Below, one piece after another: positions 1-9,667 of a DNA stretch of 64,000 nucleotides. Numbering within the stretch: the first letter of the stretch is position 1; every line of letters starts with the position of its first letter. Source of the stretch: Gammaproteobacteria bacterium (GTDB lineage Bacteria; Pseudomonadota; Gammaproteobacteria; Tenderiales; Tenderiaceae). Made by a program: the position numbers and the translations under genes. The notes under the pieces are model-generated. The model was given only the letters and a program-made list of their open reading frames with translations. It did not search any database and was not told the origin of the DNA. Where the stretch lies: the NCBI GenBank assembly GCA_016200485.1, contig JACQEP010000010.1:287644-351643 (forward strand), given 5' to 3'.

Positions 1-450
1 GGCAATACCGATGCGCTGGCGATAGCCCTTGGACAAATTACCGATCAGTCGCCGCCCGACATCTGTCAAACCACAACGTTCCTTCGCCGATGCGATCGCC
101 TTGGCACGCTGTTCCTTCGGGATGCGATTAAGACGGGCACAATAATTGAGATATTCATCCACCGTCAGCTCACGATACAGTGGCGGCGTATCGGGCAGAT
201 ACCCCAACTGCGCCTTGGCGGCCTTGGGCATATCCAGCAGGTCGATGCCATTGATCTGCACCCGACCGGCGCTGGGTGCCAAATTGCCGCTGATCATCTG
301 CATGGTGGTCGATTTGCCCGCGCCATTGGGGCCGAGAAAGCCAACCACCTCGCCCTTTTTAACTTCAAAACTAATGTTATCAACCGCGCAGAGATGGCCG
401 TAATAACGGCTCACCTGATCGACTTGAATAAGAGGGGCATCCTGATCCAT
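1..450 (-). CDS. ABC transporter ATP-binding protein (partial; C-terminal part lies beyond window start)
   Basis: Reverse-strand translation from ATG at 450 reads [56 protein letters not shown]..., with Walker A and an LSKGYRQRIGIA signature-like motif. The listed + ORF 146..403 is antisense to it. Confidence 0.8.
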   Translation of the reverse strand, partial: MDQDAPLIQVDQVSRYYGHLCAVDNISFEVKKGEVVGFLGPNGAGKSTTMQMISGNLAPSAGRVQINGIDLLDMPKAAKAQLGYLPDTPPLYRELTVDEYLNYCARLNRIPKEQRAKAIASAKERCGLTDVGRRLIGNLSKGYRQRIGIA

Positions 451-551
451 GACTGAGTATTATATGTTTCCAGTTAGGCGATTCGTTAAGGCACAGTATA
501 ATCAATCTTTGTCTAAAGATCGCTGCATCTCAAAAAAGTTCCTCAAACATC

Positions 552-2501
552 ATGTTACTCGGCATCGACACCGGCGGCACCTTCACCGATTTCGTCCTTT
601 ACAACGGTCATTCGTTGCGCATTCATAAACGGCTTTCCACGCCACAGGCACCAGAACAGGCCATCTTGCAGGGGATCGCCGAACTTGGCGTTGATCCTCA
701 GCATCTGACGGTGATTCACGGTTCCACCGTAGCCACCAATGCCGCACTGGAAGGCAAAGGCGTGCGCACTGTCTTCATCACCAATCATGGACTGGGCGAT
801 CTACTGACCATCGGCCGTCAGGCGCGGCGCGAGCTTTATAATCTACAACCTGCGCCGCAACCGCCGCCGGTGCCTCAAAATCTGTGCCTGGAAACGGGTG
901 GCCGGCTCGGTGCCGACGGCAGCATCGTCGAAGCGCTGACGGCAGAAGACCTTATACTGCTTCAGCAACAACTTGCAACACTACAACCGGAGGCGGTGGC
1001 GATCAATCTTTTATTTTCCTTCCTCAATGACCGCTTCGAGCGGCAGATTGAGGCGATCATTTCCGCGCATATTTTCACCAGCCGCTCATCGGCGATTTTG
1101 CCTGAATACAAAGAGTATGAACGCGGCATCGCCACCTGGCTTAACGCGTGGATCGGCCCACTCGTGCAGCGCTACCTCGATCGATTACAGACGGGATTAC
1201 CGAATACCAAAATCAGCGTCATGCAGAGCTCTGGCGGCACGCTCGCCGCCAATCAAGCGGCGCGACTCGCCGTCAACATGTTGCTCTCCGGCCCGGCGGG
1301 CGGATTGGCAGGTGCACGTTTTATCGGCAGCCAAACCCAATGTCCGCGTTTGCTTACTTTCGACATGGGTGGCACATCGACGGATGTGGCATTGATCGAC
1401 GGCGAACCACAACTCACATCCGAAGGCCGCATCGGTCCTTATCCTGTTGCGGTACCGATGGTGGACATGCATACCCTTGGCGCGGGCGGCGGCTCATATG
1501 CCTATCTTGATGCCGGCGGCCTGCTGCAAGTGGGCCCCGAATCGGCGGGCGCCGATCCAGGGCCAGCATGTTATGGCCGTGGCGGCACGCGCCCCACAGT
1601 CACCGATGCCAATTTAATCCTTGGCCGTCTGCGCCCCGATGCCTTTTTGGGTGGCCAGATGAAACTTGATCGCGATGCCGCCCGCACGGCAATTGCCAGC
1701 ATCGCCAAACCACTAGGGCTCAGTATTGATGAAACTGCGCTGGGCATAATCCGCATCGCCAACGAACACATGGCACAAGCCCTGCGTTTGATCTCGGTAC
1801 AGCGCGGCATTGATCCGCGCCAGCTTACCTTGATGCCGTTTGGCGGCGCCGGCGGGCTTCATGTGTGTGCACTCGCGGAATCACTGGGCATGCATCAGGC
1901 ACTGGTGCCGATCCATAGCGGAGTACTGTCAGCCTTCGGCATGTTGGTTTCACCACGATCACGTGAATTATCGCGCAGCATCATTACACCACTGACAGAA
2001 ATCTCGACACAAACGTTGGAATCATCCTTTACCCAATTAGAATCTCAAGGCCAACGGGCACTGATCGATGAAGGCGCTGCCGCAACAGAGATTGCCTGTA
2101 AACGTTCGCTTGATTTACGCTATCAGGGGCAGGCCTATCACTTGAATATTCCGTGGCAGGAGTTGATGAGCGCCGTTGATGCCTTTCATGAAGTGCATCA
2201 CAAACGCTATGGGCATCGTTTGAACAACACCGTGGAATTAGTAAACATCCGTACCCGGCTTGCGGCACCCAGACCCGAGCTGAAACTGCCATTACGTGTA
2301 TTCGCTCAGACCAGCCCGACTCCAGTTCATGATCAAAGCGGCACAACCATTTGGCAGCGTGATCAGCTGAATCCCCGGCAATCGATTGCGGGACCGGCAT
2401 TGATTACCGATGACATCGCCACCACGTTTATTGCGAACGGCTGGCACAGCGAGATGGATGATTATGGCAATTTGCTTTTAACGCGAGTACACAAAACATA
2501 A
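552..2501 (+). CDS. hydantoinase/oxoprolinase family protein (HyuA-like, N-methylhydantoinase A/acetone carboxylase beta type)
   Basis: 649 aa. N-terminus GIDTGGTFTDFVL and a second DMGGTSTDV motif are typical of the Hydantoinase_A fold. No HyuB partner is visible. Confidence 0.8.
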   Translation: MLLGIDTGGTFTDFVLYNGHSLRIHKRLSTPQAPEQAILQGIAELGVDPQHLTVIHGSTVATNAALEGKGVRTVFITNHGLGDLLTIGRQARRELYNLQPAPQPPPVPQNLCLETGGRLGADGSIVEALTAEDLILLQQQLATLQPEAVAINLLFSFLNDRFERQIEAIISAHIFTSRSSAILPEYKEYERGIATWLNAWIGPLVQRYLDRLQTGLPNTKISVMQSSGGTLAANQAARLAVNMLLSGPAGGLAGARFIGSQTQCPRLLTFDMGGTSTDVALIDGEPQLTSEGRIGPYPVAVPMVDMHTLGAGGGSYAYLDAGGLLQVGPESAGADPGPACYGRGGTRPTVTDANLILGRLRPDAFLGGQMKLDRDAARTAIASIAKPLGLSIDETALGIIRIANEHMAQALRLISVQRGIDPRQLTLMPFGGAGGLHVCALAESLGMHQALVPIHSGVLSAFGMLVSPRSRELSRSIITPLTEISTQTLESSFTQLESQGQRALIDEGAAATEIACKRSLDLRYQGQAYHLNIPWQELMSAVDAFHEVHHKRYGHRLNNTVELVNIRTRLAAPRPELKLPLRVFAQTSPTPVHDQSGTTIWQRDQLNPRQSIAGPALITDDIATTFIANGWHSEMDDYGNLLLTRVHKT

Positions 2502-2754
2502 AAAATCCAACGCGGAGACGCGGAGACGCGGAGAAAGGCAAAAATTCTTGTGATGATGTTTGTTCAGTCCAGTAATACCTTCGCTTGTTGAAGGACTTCA
2601 AAAAACTACAACCCACTCTCCCGCTTGCGGGAGAGGGTTGGGGAGAGGGTGAGTGGTTGTGCAAAATCGCGTCACTGCAGGAGCCTCCAGTATTTTAATC
2701 ATCTCCGCGCCTCTGCGTCTCCGCGTTGGATTTTTTATGTTTTGTGTACTCGCG
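2482..2754. repeat. MITE-like element bounded by ~52-bp inverted repeats (cgcgagtacacaaaacataaaaaatccaacgcggagacgc...); internal GGGAGAGGGTTGGGGAGAGGG core
   Basis: Left arm 2482-2533 and right arm 2703-2754 are reverse complements (about 40 nt identical, the remainder near-identical). An internal palindrome ctctcccgcttgcgggagag is followed by gggttggggagagggtgag. The left arm supplies the last 7 codons and the stop of the hydantoinase gene. Confidence 0.6.
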
Positions 2755-2761
2755 CCAGGCG

Positions 2762-3979
2762 CTACTCCCCAATGACAACCCGGCACGCCCCTACCGCCCA
2801 ACCCACTGCCTGCAAATAGGCATCCTTGATCACATCTGACTCTAAATTACCAAGCGCGACATTCTCCCAGTTGCTACGCTCATAATTCAAGACGCAACGC
2901 AGAATCTCACCCGGCGTCCCTTTGAACTCCAATAACGCATCAGTAATCTGATCGGATAGCGTCAGAGAGTTTACGATCCTGTCCATTGGCATATCTAACA
3001 ACGCATCCAGCACCGACAACAAACCAACAGTAAAACAAGCATCCTCGGGTTCGAATTCAAGCGCCTGCGCCAGCAGTTCGCACATCTTGCCGCGCACAAC
3101 AGCAGTGACCATCAATTCGTTTGGCTTGTCATCGATACGCGACAGAATCAGCAGCGTCGCCCATTTTTGAATCGCGCGCGCGCCAAGAAATACGATAGCC
3201 CGCTGAATGGATTCCATCGGCCGTGGCAAACCAAAGAATGCAGAATTGATATAACGCAGTAATTTATAACTCAGCGCTACATCCTTGGTAATCATGGCTT
3301 CAAGACGAGCCACCTTGACATCGGTGCGCTGCACTTCGGTCAGCAATTGCATCAATGCCGCTTGATTGGCAGGCATACGCTTACGCTTGATGATGCGCGG
3401 CCGGCAAAAGAAATAACCCTGAAAATAATTAAATCCCAACTCGCGGCAAAAATCGTATTGCTCCTGGGTTTCAACCTTTTCCGCCAGCAACTTCAAATGC
3501 TCAAACTTGCGCAGCTTTTCATAAAGCTGCCGTAATTCCAGCTCGGTGTGCGCCTGGATATCAATCTTGGCGATCTTGGCTAATTTGATTAGCGGTATAT
3601 ATTTGTCATCATAAATAAAGTCATCCAGGGCAATGGTATAGCCCAGACTCACCAGGCGCTGCACGCCACGCACCACCATCTCGTCCGGCTCAATATCTTC
3701 CATCAACTCGATGACAAGTTGATCGCCCGGGAATGGCAATGCTTCCTGCGAAATGATGAAGCTGCGAGTGAGATTGATAAACGCTGAACGAACACCGACC
3801 AGATAATCGAGACCAATCTCGGTCAGAGCACCCAGTAATACTTCCGTCGTTGCCGCATCGCCCGACGACTTGGCGTGATTATCGGCATCGGCTCGATACA
3901 AAAGCTCGTAAGCAAAAACGTGCAACGTTCGTGTATATATTGGTTGGCGCGCGATAAAGATCTCGGCCATGCTATCCAC
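2762..3979 (-). CDS. EAL domain + HDOD domain signalling protein (putative c-di-GMP phosphodiesterase-like)
   Basis: 405 aa. The N-terminal half has EAL-type motifs (QPIY...ELLYR, ELMED, KIDI); the C-terminal half is HDOD-like. Confidence 0.75.
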   Translation of the reverse strand: MDSMAEIFIARQPIYTRTLHVFAYELLYRADADNHAKSSGDAATTEVLLGALTEIGLDYLVGVRSAFINLTRSFIISQEALPFPGDQLVIELMEDIEPDEMVVRGVQRLVSLGYTIALDDFIYDDKYIPLIKLAKIAKIDIQAHTELELRQLYEKLRKFEHLKLLAEKVETQEQYDFCRELGFNYFQGYFFCRPRIIKRKRMPANQAALMQLLTEVQRTDVKVARLEAMITKDVALSYKLLRYINSAFFGLPRPMESIQRAIVFLGARAIQKWATLLILSRIDDKPNELMVTAVVRGKMCELLAQALEFEPEDACFTVGLLSVLDALLDMPMDRIVNSLTLSDQITDALLEFKGTPGEILRCVLNYERSNWENVALGNLESDVIKDAYLQAVGWAVGACRVVIGE

Positions 3980-4087
3980 CTATTTCGTAAGAAGTTTTCT
4001 TCCTTGCTGCCGTATGTATAGTATCGGCCGCCAGAGCTTTTTCCTGATCGCCCCTGCCAATAAATAATGGGCTTTTATTTCAGCAGG

Positions 4088-5446
4088 TTAGATGAATACT
4101 AACGTTGCCAACCCAAGGAAGACAAAGAAACCGACCACATCGGTCACAGTGGTCAACACCACCGATGACGACAGGGCTGGATCAAACCCCATGCGCCGCA
4201 TCAGCAGCGGAATTGTGGCCCCGGCCAGAGCCGCCGCCATGAGGTTGACGAGAATCGCGGCCGCGATCAAACCACCGATCACATAATCACCAAACCAGAG
4301 GAACGACACTACCGCCACCACAAAGGCCCAAAGCAAGCCGTTCAACATCCCTACGGCGAGCTCTTTAATCAGGATGCGTTTGACGTTGGATTGACCGATA
4401 TAACCCAACGCCATGCCACGTATCACCAACGTCAGCGTCTGAGTACCGGCAATCCCGCCCATACTGGCGACGATGGGCATCAGCACCGCTAGCGCCACCA
4501 CTTTTTCAATAGTCGCATCAAACAGGCCAATCACCCAGGAAGCAATAAAGGCCGTCACCAGGTTAACCCCCAACCATACCGCACGCCGCCGTGAACTGGT
4601 CACGACCGGGGCAAAGATATCGTCCTCTTCGTCCAAGCCGGCCATACTCATGATCGAGTGTTCGGCTTCGTCACGGATGACATCAACCACGTCGTCGATG
4701 GTGATACGCCCGAGCAACTTGCCTTCTTCATCCACCACCGGTGCCGAAATCAAGTTTCGATGCTCGAACAGGCTGGCGACCTGGCTCGCAGGCATGCTGG
4801 CGGTAATCGGCTCAATATCCTTCACCATCACCTGCCCCACCAGCAGCTCGGGATCCTTGGTCAGCAAATGATTGATGGCCAATAACCCGATGTATTTATC
4901 CGCGCGATTAACCACAATCAAATGATCGGTCATCTCGGGGATCTCGCCCCGTATCCGCAAATAACGCAACACCACATCCAGCGTCACATTGGGACGGACC
5001 GTGATAGTGTCGATATTCATCAGACCGCCGGCGGTATCCTCGGGATAAGACAATACCGCCTCCAGTCGAATACGATCCTGCTCACCCATCGACTGCAATA
5101 CCCGATGAATCACAATGTCGGGCAAGTCCTGCAAGATATCCGCCAGATCATCGGTATCCAAACCTTCCGTCGCCGCCACCAACTCTTCCGGATCCATTTG
5201 CCGGATCAGTTTGGCGCGCACATCGTCATTCACATACAACAGGACATCGCCGTCCTTGTCTGCCTCTACCAGTTCCCACACCAGCTCACGCTCATTCTGA
5301 GGCAAGGATTCAAGCAGGTGGGCGATTTCGGCGGGGTGCAGTTCATTGACCATTTGCCGGATATGCACCAAACGCCCCGATTGCAGCGCCTCAGCCAGGC
5401 GCTGCAATCGACTTTGAGGTATTTGCTGATTCTTTAATTCCGGCAT
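4088..5446 (-). CDS. mgtE: magnesium transporter MgtE
   Basis: 452 aa with an N-terminal MgtE_N region, tandem CBS-like segments and a C-terminal 5-TM region rich in Gly/Ala, the typical MgtE architecture. Confidence 0.9.
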   Translation of the reverse strand: MPELKNQQIPQSRLQRLAEALQSGRLVHIRQMVNELHPAEIAHLLESLPQNERELVWELVEADKDGDVLLYVNDDVRAKLIRQMDPEELVAATEGLDTDDLADILQDLPDIVIHRVLQSMGEQDRIRLEAVLSYPEDTAGGLMNIDTITVRPNVTLDVVLRYLRIRGEIPEMTDHLIVVNRADKYIGLLAINHLLTKDPELLVGQVMVKDIEPITASMPASQVASLFEHRNLISAPVVDEEGKLLGRITIDDVVDVIRDEAEHSIMSMAGLDEEDDIFAPVVTSSRRRAVWLGVNLVTAFIASWVIGLFDATIEKVVALAVLMPIVASMGGIAGTQTLTLVIRGMALGYIGQSNVKRILIKELAVGMLNGLLWAFVVAVVSFLWFGDYVIGGLIAAAILVNLMAAALAGATIPLLMRRMGFDPALSSSVVLTTVTDVVGFFVFLGLATLVFI

Positions 5447-5550
5447 AAAAACTCGCAGCTACTCAACTCACACTGCTGGGGATGATAACTTGGGATTCTA
5501 CGAGGGATAAGGTGAGGGCGCCAGCCCTATCGATGAATCAGGTTCCCTAG

Positions 5551-5693
5551 CAACCTGTTGAAAAAACGCGCTAAGGGGCACATCGCGGCGTTGAAAACGG
5601 ACTCAAAATGCTCATTTACGCCGTATAAACTCCGCTTTTCCGCCCGCTCCCGTCTCGCGCTACATCCCCTGATCACGTTTTTTCAACAGGCTG
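5551..5693. repeat. MITE-like element with 18-bp terminal inverted repeats CAGCYTGTTGAAAAAACG
   Basis: caacctgttgaaaaaacg at 5551-5568 and cgttttttcaacaggctg at 5676-5693. The same TIR type (cagcttgttgaaaaa) bounds the element at 40220-40359. The right TIR overlaps the last codons of ptsI. Confidence 0.5.
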
Positions 5694-7449
5694 CTATCGT
5701 TGCGACAGCATTGAGCTCATCGACAAACAATTCCGTCTCGACCGTCGATGGCAGACGCAATACCCGCCGCGCCTTTTTGGTGAGCTGCTCGATATCACTG
5801 TTCTGAATAATATGCTTGATTTCAGGAATCATCGCCGGTTGCATACTGAATTCGCGCAACCCTAAACCCAGCAACAATCGGGTATACCGTGGCTCGCCCG
5901 CCATCTCACCACACATCGCCACCGGGATACCCGCCTTATGGCCGGCGCGGATCGTCATATCAATCAGTCGCAAAACTGCCGGATGGGTCGCCTGAAACAT
6001 GTGCCCGAGATTGGTATCGAGACGATCTGCCGCCAAAGTATATTGAATCAGGTCATTGGTCCCGATCGAGAAAAAGTCCAGATGCCTGGCCATTGCCTCG
6101 GCCGAGAGCGCCGCCGCCGGGATTTCGATCATCCCGCCCACAGGCAAACGTTCATCGAAAAACTTTCCTTCCCGCCCCAGCTCGCGCTTGGCTTGTTCGA
6201 TCAGCTCCAGTGTCTGGAGTATTTCCTGGACACTGCACAACATCGGGATCATTAGATTCACCGGCCCCTCTGTCGAGACGCGCAGTATCGCCCGCAACTG
6301 TGTCTTAAACATCGCCGCATCGCGCAAACAAAGCCGGATCGCACGCAAACCCAGCGCCGGATTAACAGCGCTCCCGCCACGAGTTTCCAGACGCCTGTCC
6401 CCCGGCAGCGCCTTATCGGCACCCAGATCCAAGGTTCTGATCGTTAGCGGCGCGCCATTTAATGCCCGCACCAGCTTAAGATAATCTTCGTATTGCTCCT
6501 CCTCACTCGGCAACTCTTCGCGATTGAGAAACAAATATTCGGTACGATACAAACCCACGCCACGCGCACCGACGCGCTTCATCTCTGCCAGATCTTCCGG
6601 CAGCTCGACATTTCCGCGCAAAGAGATAGACCTCCCGTCACGGCTGACTGCAGGTGTCGTTTTCAACTTCCGCAGCAAGGCATGCTGCCGCCTGTCATCC
6701 GCGTGGCGGCGCCGGTAATAGGTAATATCCTGCTGATCCATGCCCGCCAGGATCACACCAATATGGCCATCGACCACCAACTGTTCTCCATGCCGCACAT
6801 AACGCAGCACATTGCGTACGCCAACCACCGCGGGAATTCCTAAACTACGCGCCAGGATCGTCGTATGCGAGGTAGGGCCGCCATACTCGGTCACGAAGGC
6901 AATGACGCCTTCGTTCTGCATCGTGACCGTATCGGCAGGCGACAGATCATCCGCCACAATCACGCAACCCGCAAGCTTGCCACTGACTTGCAATTTATCT
7001 TCATGATTCAACAAAATTCGCAGAATGCGATTGACGACATGATCGACGTCATCCTTGCGGGTACGCAAATAGGGATCATCCATCTGCTCAAATACATTCA
7101 CCAATGCATCGCGTTGCAGCTTCAATGCCCACTCGGCATTGCAACGCCGCTGCACAATCAGTTTGACCGGATCGCTCGCTATCGCTTTGTCCTCAAGCAT
7201 CAGCAAGTGAGTATCAATGAACGAGGCAATATCGACCGGGATTGAAACAGGAATTCGATCGCGGATACGACGCAATTCCGCTTGAGCGGCCAGGACAGCC
7301 CCATTAAAACGCTCGATTTCCTGGGCGACCAATTCATCATCGGTCAACAGATATTCGGCAATTGCAGGTTGATTGCTCTGCAATAGATAGGCCCTGCCGA
7401 TGGCAATGCCACGTGACACCCCCATCCCCTTGAGCCCGACGCTTGCCAC
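5683..7449 (-). CDS. ptsI: phosphoenolpyruvate-protein phosphotransferase (PTS Enzyme I)
   Basis: 588 aa with an EI N-terminal phospho-His domain and a PEP-utilising TIM barrel (GGxTSHxxILAR-like SHTTILARSLGIPAVVG). It lies directly downstream of an HPr gene. Confidence 0.85.
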   Translation of the reverse strand: MASVGLKGMGVSRGIAIGRAYLLQSNQPAIAEYLLTDDELVAQEIERFNGAVLAAQAELRRIRDRIPVSIPVDIASFIDTHLLMLEDKAIASDPVKLIVQRRCNAEWALKLQRDALVNVFEQMDDPYLRTRKDDVDHVVNRILRILLNHEDKLQVSGKLAGCVIVADDLSPADTVTMQNEGVIAFVTEYGGPTSHTTILARSLGIPAVVGVRNVLRYVRHGEQLVVDGHIGVILAGMDQQDITYYRRRHADDRRQHALLRKLKTTPAVSRDGRSISLRGNVELPEDLAEMKRVGARGVGLYRTEYLFLNREELPSEEEQYEDYLKLVRALNGAPLTIRTLDLGADKALPGDRRLETRGGSAVNPALGLRAIRLCLRDAAMFKTQLRAILRVSTEGPVNLMIPMLCSVQEILQTLELIEQAKRELGREGKFFDERLPVGGMIEIPAAALSAEAMARHLDFFSIGTNDLIQYTLAADRLDTNLGHMFQATHPAVLRLIDMTIRAGHKAGIPVAMCGEMAGEPRYTRLLLGLGLREFSMQPAMIPEIKHIIQNSDIEQLTKKARRVLRLPSTVETELFVDELNAVATIAAC

Positions 7450-7453
7450 TATT

Positions 7454-7723
7454 CTACTCGCCCTCGCCGAATTTATTTTCTACCAACTCCTGTAACGCAA
7501 CGAGCGCCTGCTGCGCATCCTGACCATCGATCAGCAATTCCAGCGTTGTACCGCAACTTGCCGCCAACATCATCACACCCATGATGCTCTTGCCATTCGC
7601 CTCACGCTCGCCTTTACGCAAACGGATTTCACTTTGGAAACTGGAGGCCAGCTTTACGAATTTGGAAGCCGCTCTGGCGTGCAAACCCAGCTTGTTAATG
7701 ATATCGATTGATACTTGAATCAT
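7454..7723 (-). CDS. ptsH: phosphocarrier protein HPr/NPr
   Basis: 89 aa with the GLHARAAS active-site His-15 context. The gene is 4 bp upstream of ptsI. Confidence 0.85.
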   Translation of the reverse strand: MIQVSIDIINKLGLHARAASKFVKLASSFQSEIRLRKGEREANGKSIMGVMMLAASCGTTLELLIDGQDAQQALVALQELVENKFGEGE

Positions 7724-7736
7724 CGGACGTATCTAT

Positions 7737-7876
7737 TCACCACAGAGGTACGGAGAACACAGGGAAAACATCGATTGGAAACGCGCCTGGCGCACTGAGC
7801 AATTCCCTACTCTGGTAATAACAAGTCTTCGATATTCCATCATCTCCGTGTCCTCTGTGTCTCCGTGGTGAATAAT
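7737..7876. repeat. small MITE-like element with inverted arms built from CACAGAGG/CGGAGA heptad-like units
   Basis: ttcaccacagaggtacggagaacacagggaaaa at 7737-7770 is inverted with respect to ccatcatctccgtgtcctctgtgtctccgtggtgaa at 7838-7873. A related single arm occurs at 19190-19225, and a cgcggagacgcggagac run occurs at 2505-2530. Confidence 0.5.
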
Positions 7877-7881
7877 TCGGG

Positions 7882-8274
7882 CTAACTCGCCTCGCAGGCA
7901 AAAATGCCATCGCGACCGCCGCTCACCGCCTTTTGCGCCAACTCTTTAAGCTCAAGCCGAGGATAATTCAGCACTCGCACCAGCATCGGCAGATTCAATC
8001 CGGCAACTACGCGCACACGCTCCAGCCCCACGAGGCGATTGGCAATGTTGCTCGGCGTAGAGCCATACATATCCGTCAACACCAGGACGCCACCGCCTTG
8101 ATCCAGCCGGTCTATCGCCGCCAATGCCATTTCCATCATGACGTCCGGACGACACCCCGCGGTCACTGACACCACCTCCAATGACATGGGACACATGCCC
8201 AGCATGTTGGTTGCAGACTCAATCATCGCATTACCAATATGGTCATGAGTGATCAGCAATAATCCTATCGTCAT
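7882..8274 (-). CDS. PTS EIIA component, mannose/fructose family (regulatory, no cognate permease)
   Basis: 130 aa. The N-terminus IGLLLITHDHIGNAM resembles the EIIA-Man His-10 region. The gene sits in the conserved hprK-rapZ-EIIA(Man)-ptsH-ptsI arrangement. Confidence 0.8.
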   Translation of the reverse strand: MTIGLLLITHDHIGNAMIESATNMLGMCPMSLEVVSVTAGCRPDVMMEMALAAIDRLDQGGGVLVLTDMYGSTPSNIANRLVGLERVRVVAGLNLPMLVRVLNYPRLELKELAQKAVSGGRDGIFACEAS

Positions 8275-9125
8275 GACACCTCCCGGTGGCGCAACAGAAC
8301 ATTCTCCCGCACAGCACCAAAATGCTCCGCCAGACGTTTGGCCAAATAAACAGAGCGATGCTGACCCCCGGTACAGCCAATGGCCACCGTCATATAAGTA
8401 CGGTTATCTGATTCGAAACTTGCCAACCAGCGCTCCAGAAACCCGGCAATATCTTCAAACATCTGACCCACCACCGGCTGCTGCGCCAGAAACTCCGCCA
8501 CCGGCTGATCAAGGCCGGTCAGACTGCGCAGCTGTGGCACCCAATGAGGATTGGGCAAGCAACGGACATCAAACACAAAATCGGCATCATTGGGAACACC
8601 GTGCTTAAATCCAAAGGAAAAGAAAGTGAGCGTCATGGCTTTGGCCTCGCTCAACATCCGTTCCCGCACCAGGTCGCGCAATTCATGAATATTGGTACGC
8701 GTCGTATCAAGACACCAGTCGGCATTGATCGCAACGTCTGACAGCAGACGACGCTCACTTTCAATCGCTTCTTTAAGCGATATCTCGCGCCGGGTCAGCG
8801 GGTGTTTGCGTCGCGTCTCGCTGAAACGTTTGATCAACGTGGCGTTATCGGCTTGCAGGAATATAATCTCGCACTCAAGCCCCATTTCCCTGATTTCAGA
8901 CACATACTCAGGGAAGTTTTTAAAATCTCCCGCCAGGTTGCGGGCGTCGATACCTACCGCTGCATGCTCATAATCGCGCCGTGGTGACGATGAAATCTGC
9001 TGCGCAAACGCCGTCAACAAACTCAACGGCAAATTATCGATACAATAAAACCCAAGATCTTCAAGCGCATGCAAGACCACGCTCTTGCCGGAACCAGACA
9101 ACCCGCTGACAATCACCAGCTTCAT
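8271..9125 (-). CDS. rapZ: RNase adaptor protein RapZ (YhbJ)
   Basis: 284 aa with the N-terminal Walker A GLSGSGKS and the characteristic C-terminal CTGGQHRS motif. Confidence 0.9.
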   Translation of the reverse strand: MKLVIVSGLSGSGKSVVLHALEDLGFYCIDNLPLSLLTAFAQQISSSPRRDYEHAAVGIDARNLAGDFKNFPEYVSEIREMGLECEIIFLQADNATLIKRFSETRRKHPLTRREISLKEAIESERRLLSDVAINADWCLDTTRTNIHELRDLVRERMLSEAKAMTLTFFSFGFKHGVPNDADFVFDVRCLPNPHWVPQLRSLTGLDQPVAEFLAQQPVVGQMFEDIAGFLERWLASFESDNRTYMTVAIGCTGGQHRSVYLAKRLAEHFGAVRENVLLRHREVS

Positions 9126-9655
9126 GCCGCCCCCTGCCGCATCGTTGCGTTCAATTTAGCCAACAAATCCTCTCCTGCCTCGTAACCTTGATCTGACAAT
9201 TGCTGAATACGCACCAGGGTTTCAACCAGCAAGGGCAAATTACGTCCCGCAGACACCGGCAGACTGCGCCAAGAAACTTCCTGGCCACATATTTTTTCTA
9301 CGCCGTATCGGCCCAAGATTCGATCATGCCCAACACAATCAACGTATTCCATCTTGAGAATCAAATCCAGCTGCACAGAAGCTTGCGTTACCGCTGCGCT
9401 ATAAATCCGAGCGAGATTGAGCACACCGATACCACGCACTTCGATAAACCCGGAAAAGCCTTTCTGGGCAGACCCCATCACCACACCTGATGACATCACA
9501 GAAAATTCAGGCGCATCATCTGCCACCAGCCGATGACCGCGATCGACTAATCCTAGGGCTAATTCGCTCTTACCAATTCCAGCCACGCCCTGGAGCAATA
9601 CCCCGCAACCCAAAACACTGACCAAAGTCCCCGGGGCCATGCTAGACAAGATCAA
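9122..9655 (-). CDS. hprK: HPr kinase/phosphorylase, short form (kinase domain only)
   Basis: 177 aa. P-loop GVAGIGKSELAL followed by GHRLVADD, consistent with the HprK C-terminal domain. There is no N-terminal domain: the start lies 12 bp after the rpoN stop. Confidence 0.8.
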   Translation of the reverse strand: MILSSMAPGTLVSVLGCGVLLQGVAGIGKSELALGLVDRGHRLVADDAPEFSVMSSGVVMGSAQKGFSGFIEVRGIGVLNLARIYSAAVTQASVQLDLILKMEYVDCVGHDRILGRYGVEKICGQEVSWRSLPVSAGRNLPLLVETLVRIQQLSDQGYEAGEDLLAKLNATMRQGAA

Positions 9656-9667
9656 CCTGCCTTTCGC

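Noticed and set aside
146-403. 85-aa + strand ORF at window start
   Set aside because: It is antisense to a well-supported ABC-ATPase coding frame (Walker A and signature motifs on the minus strand) and has no RBS.
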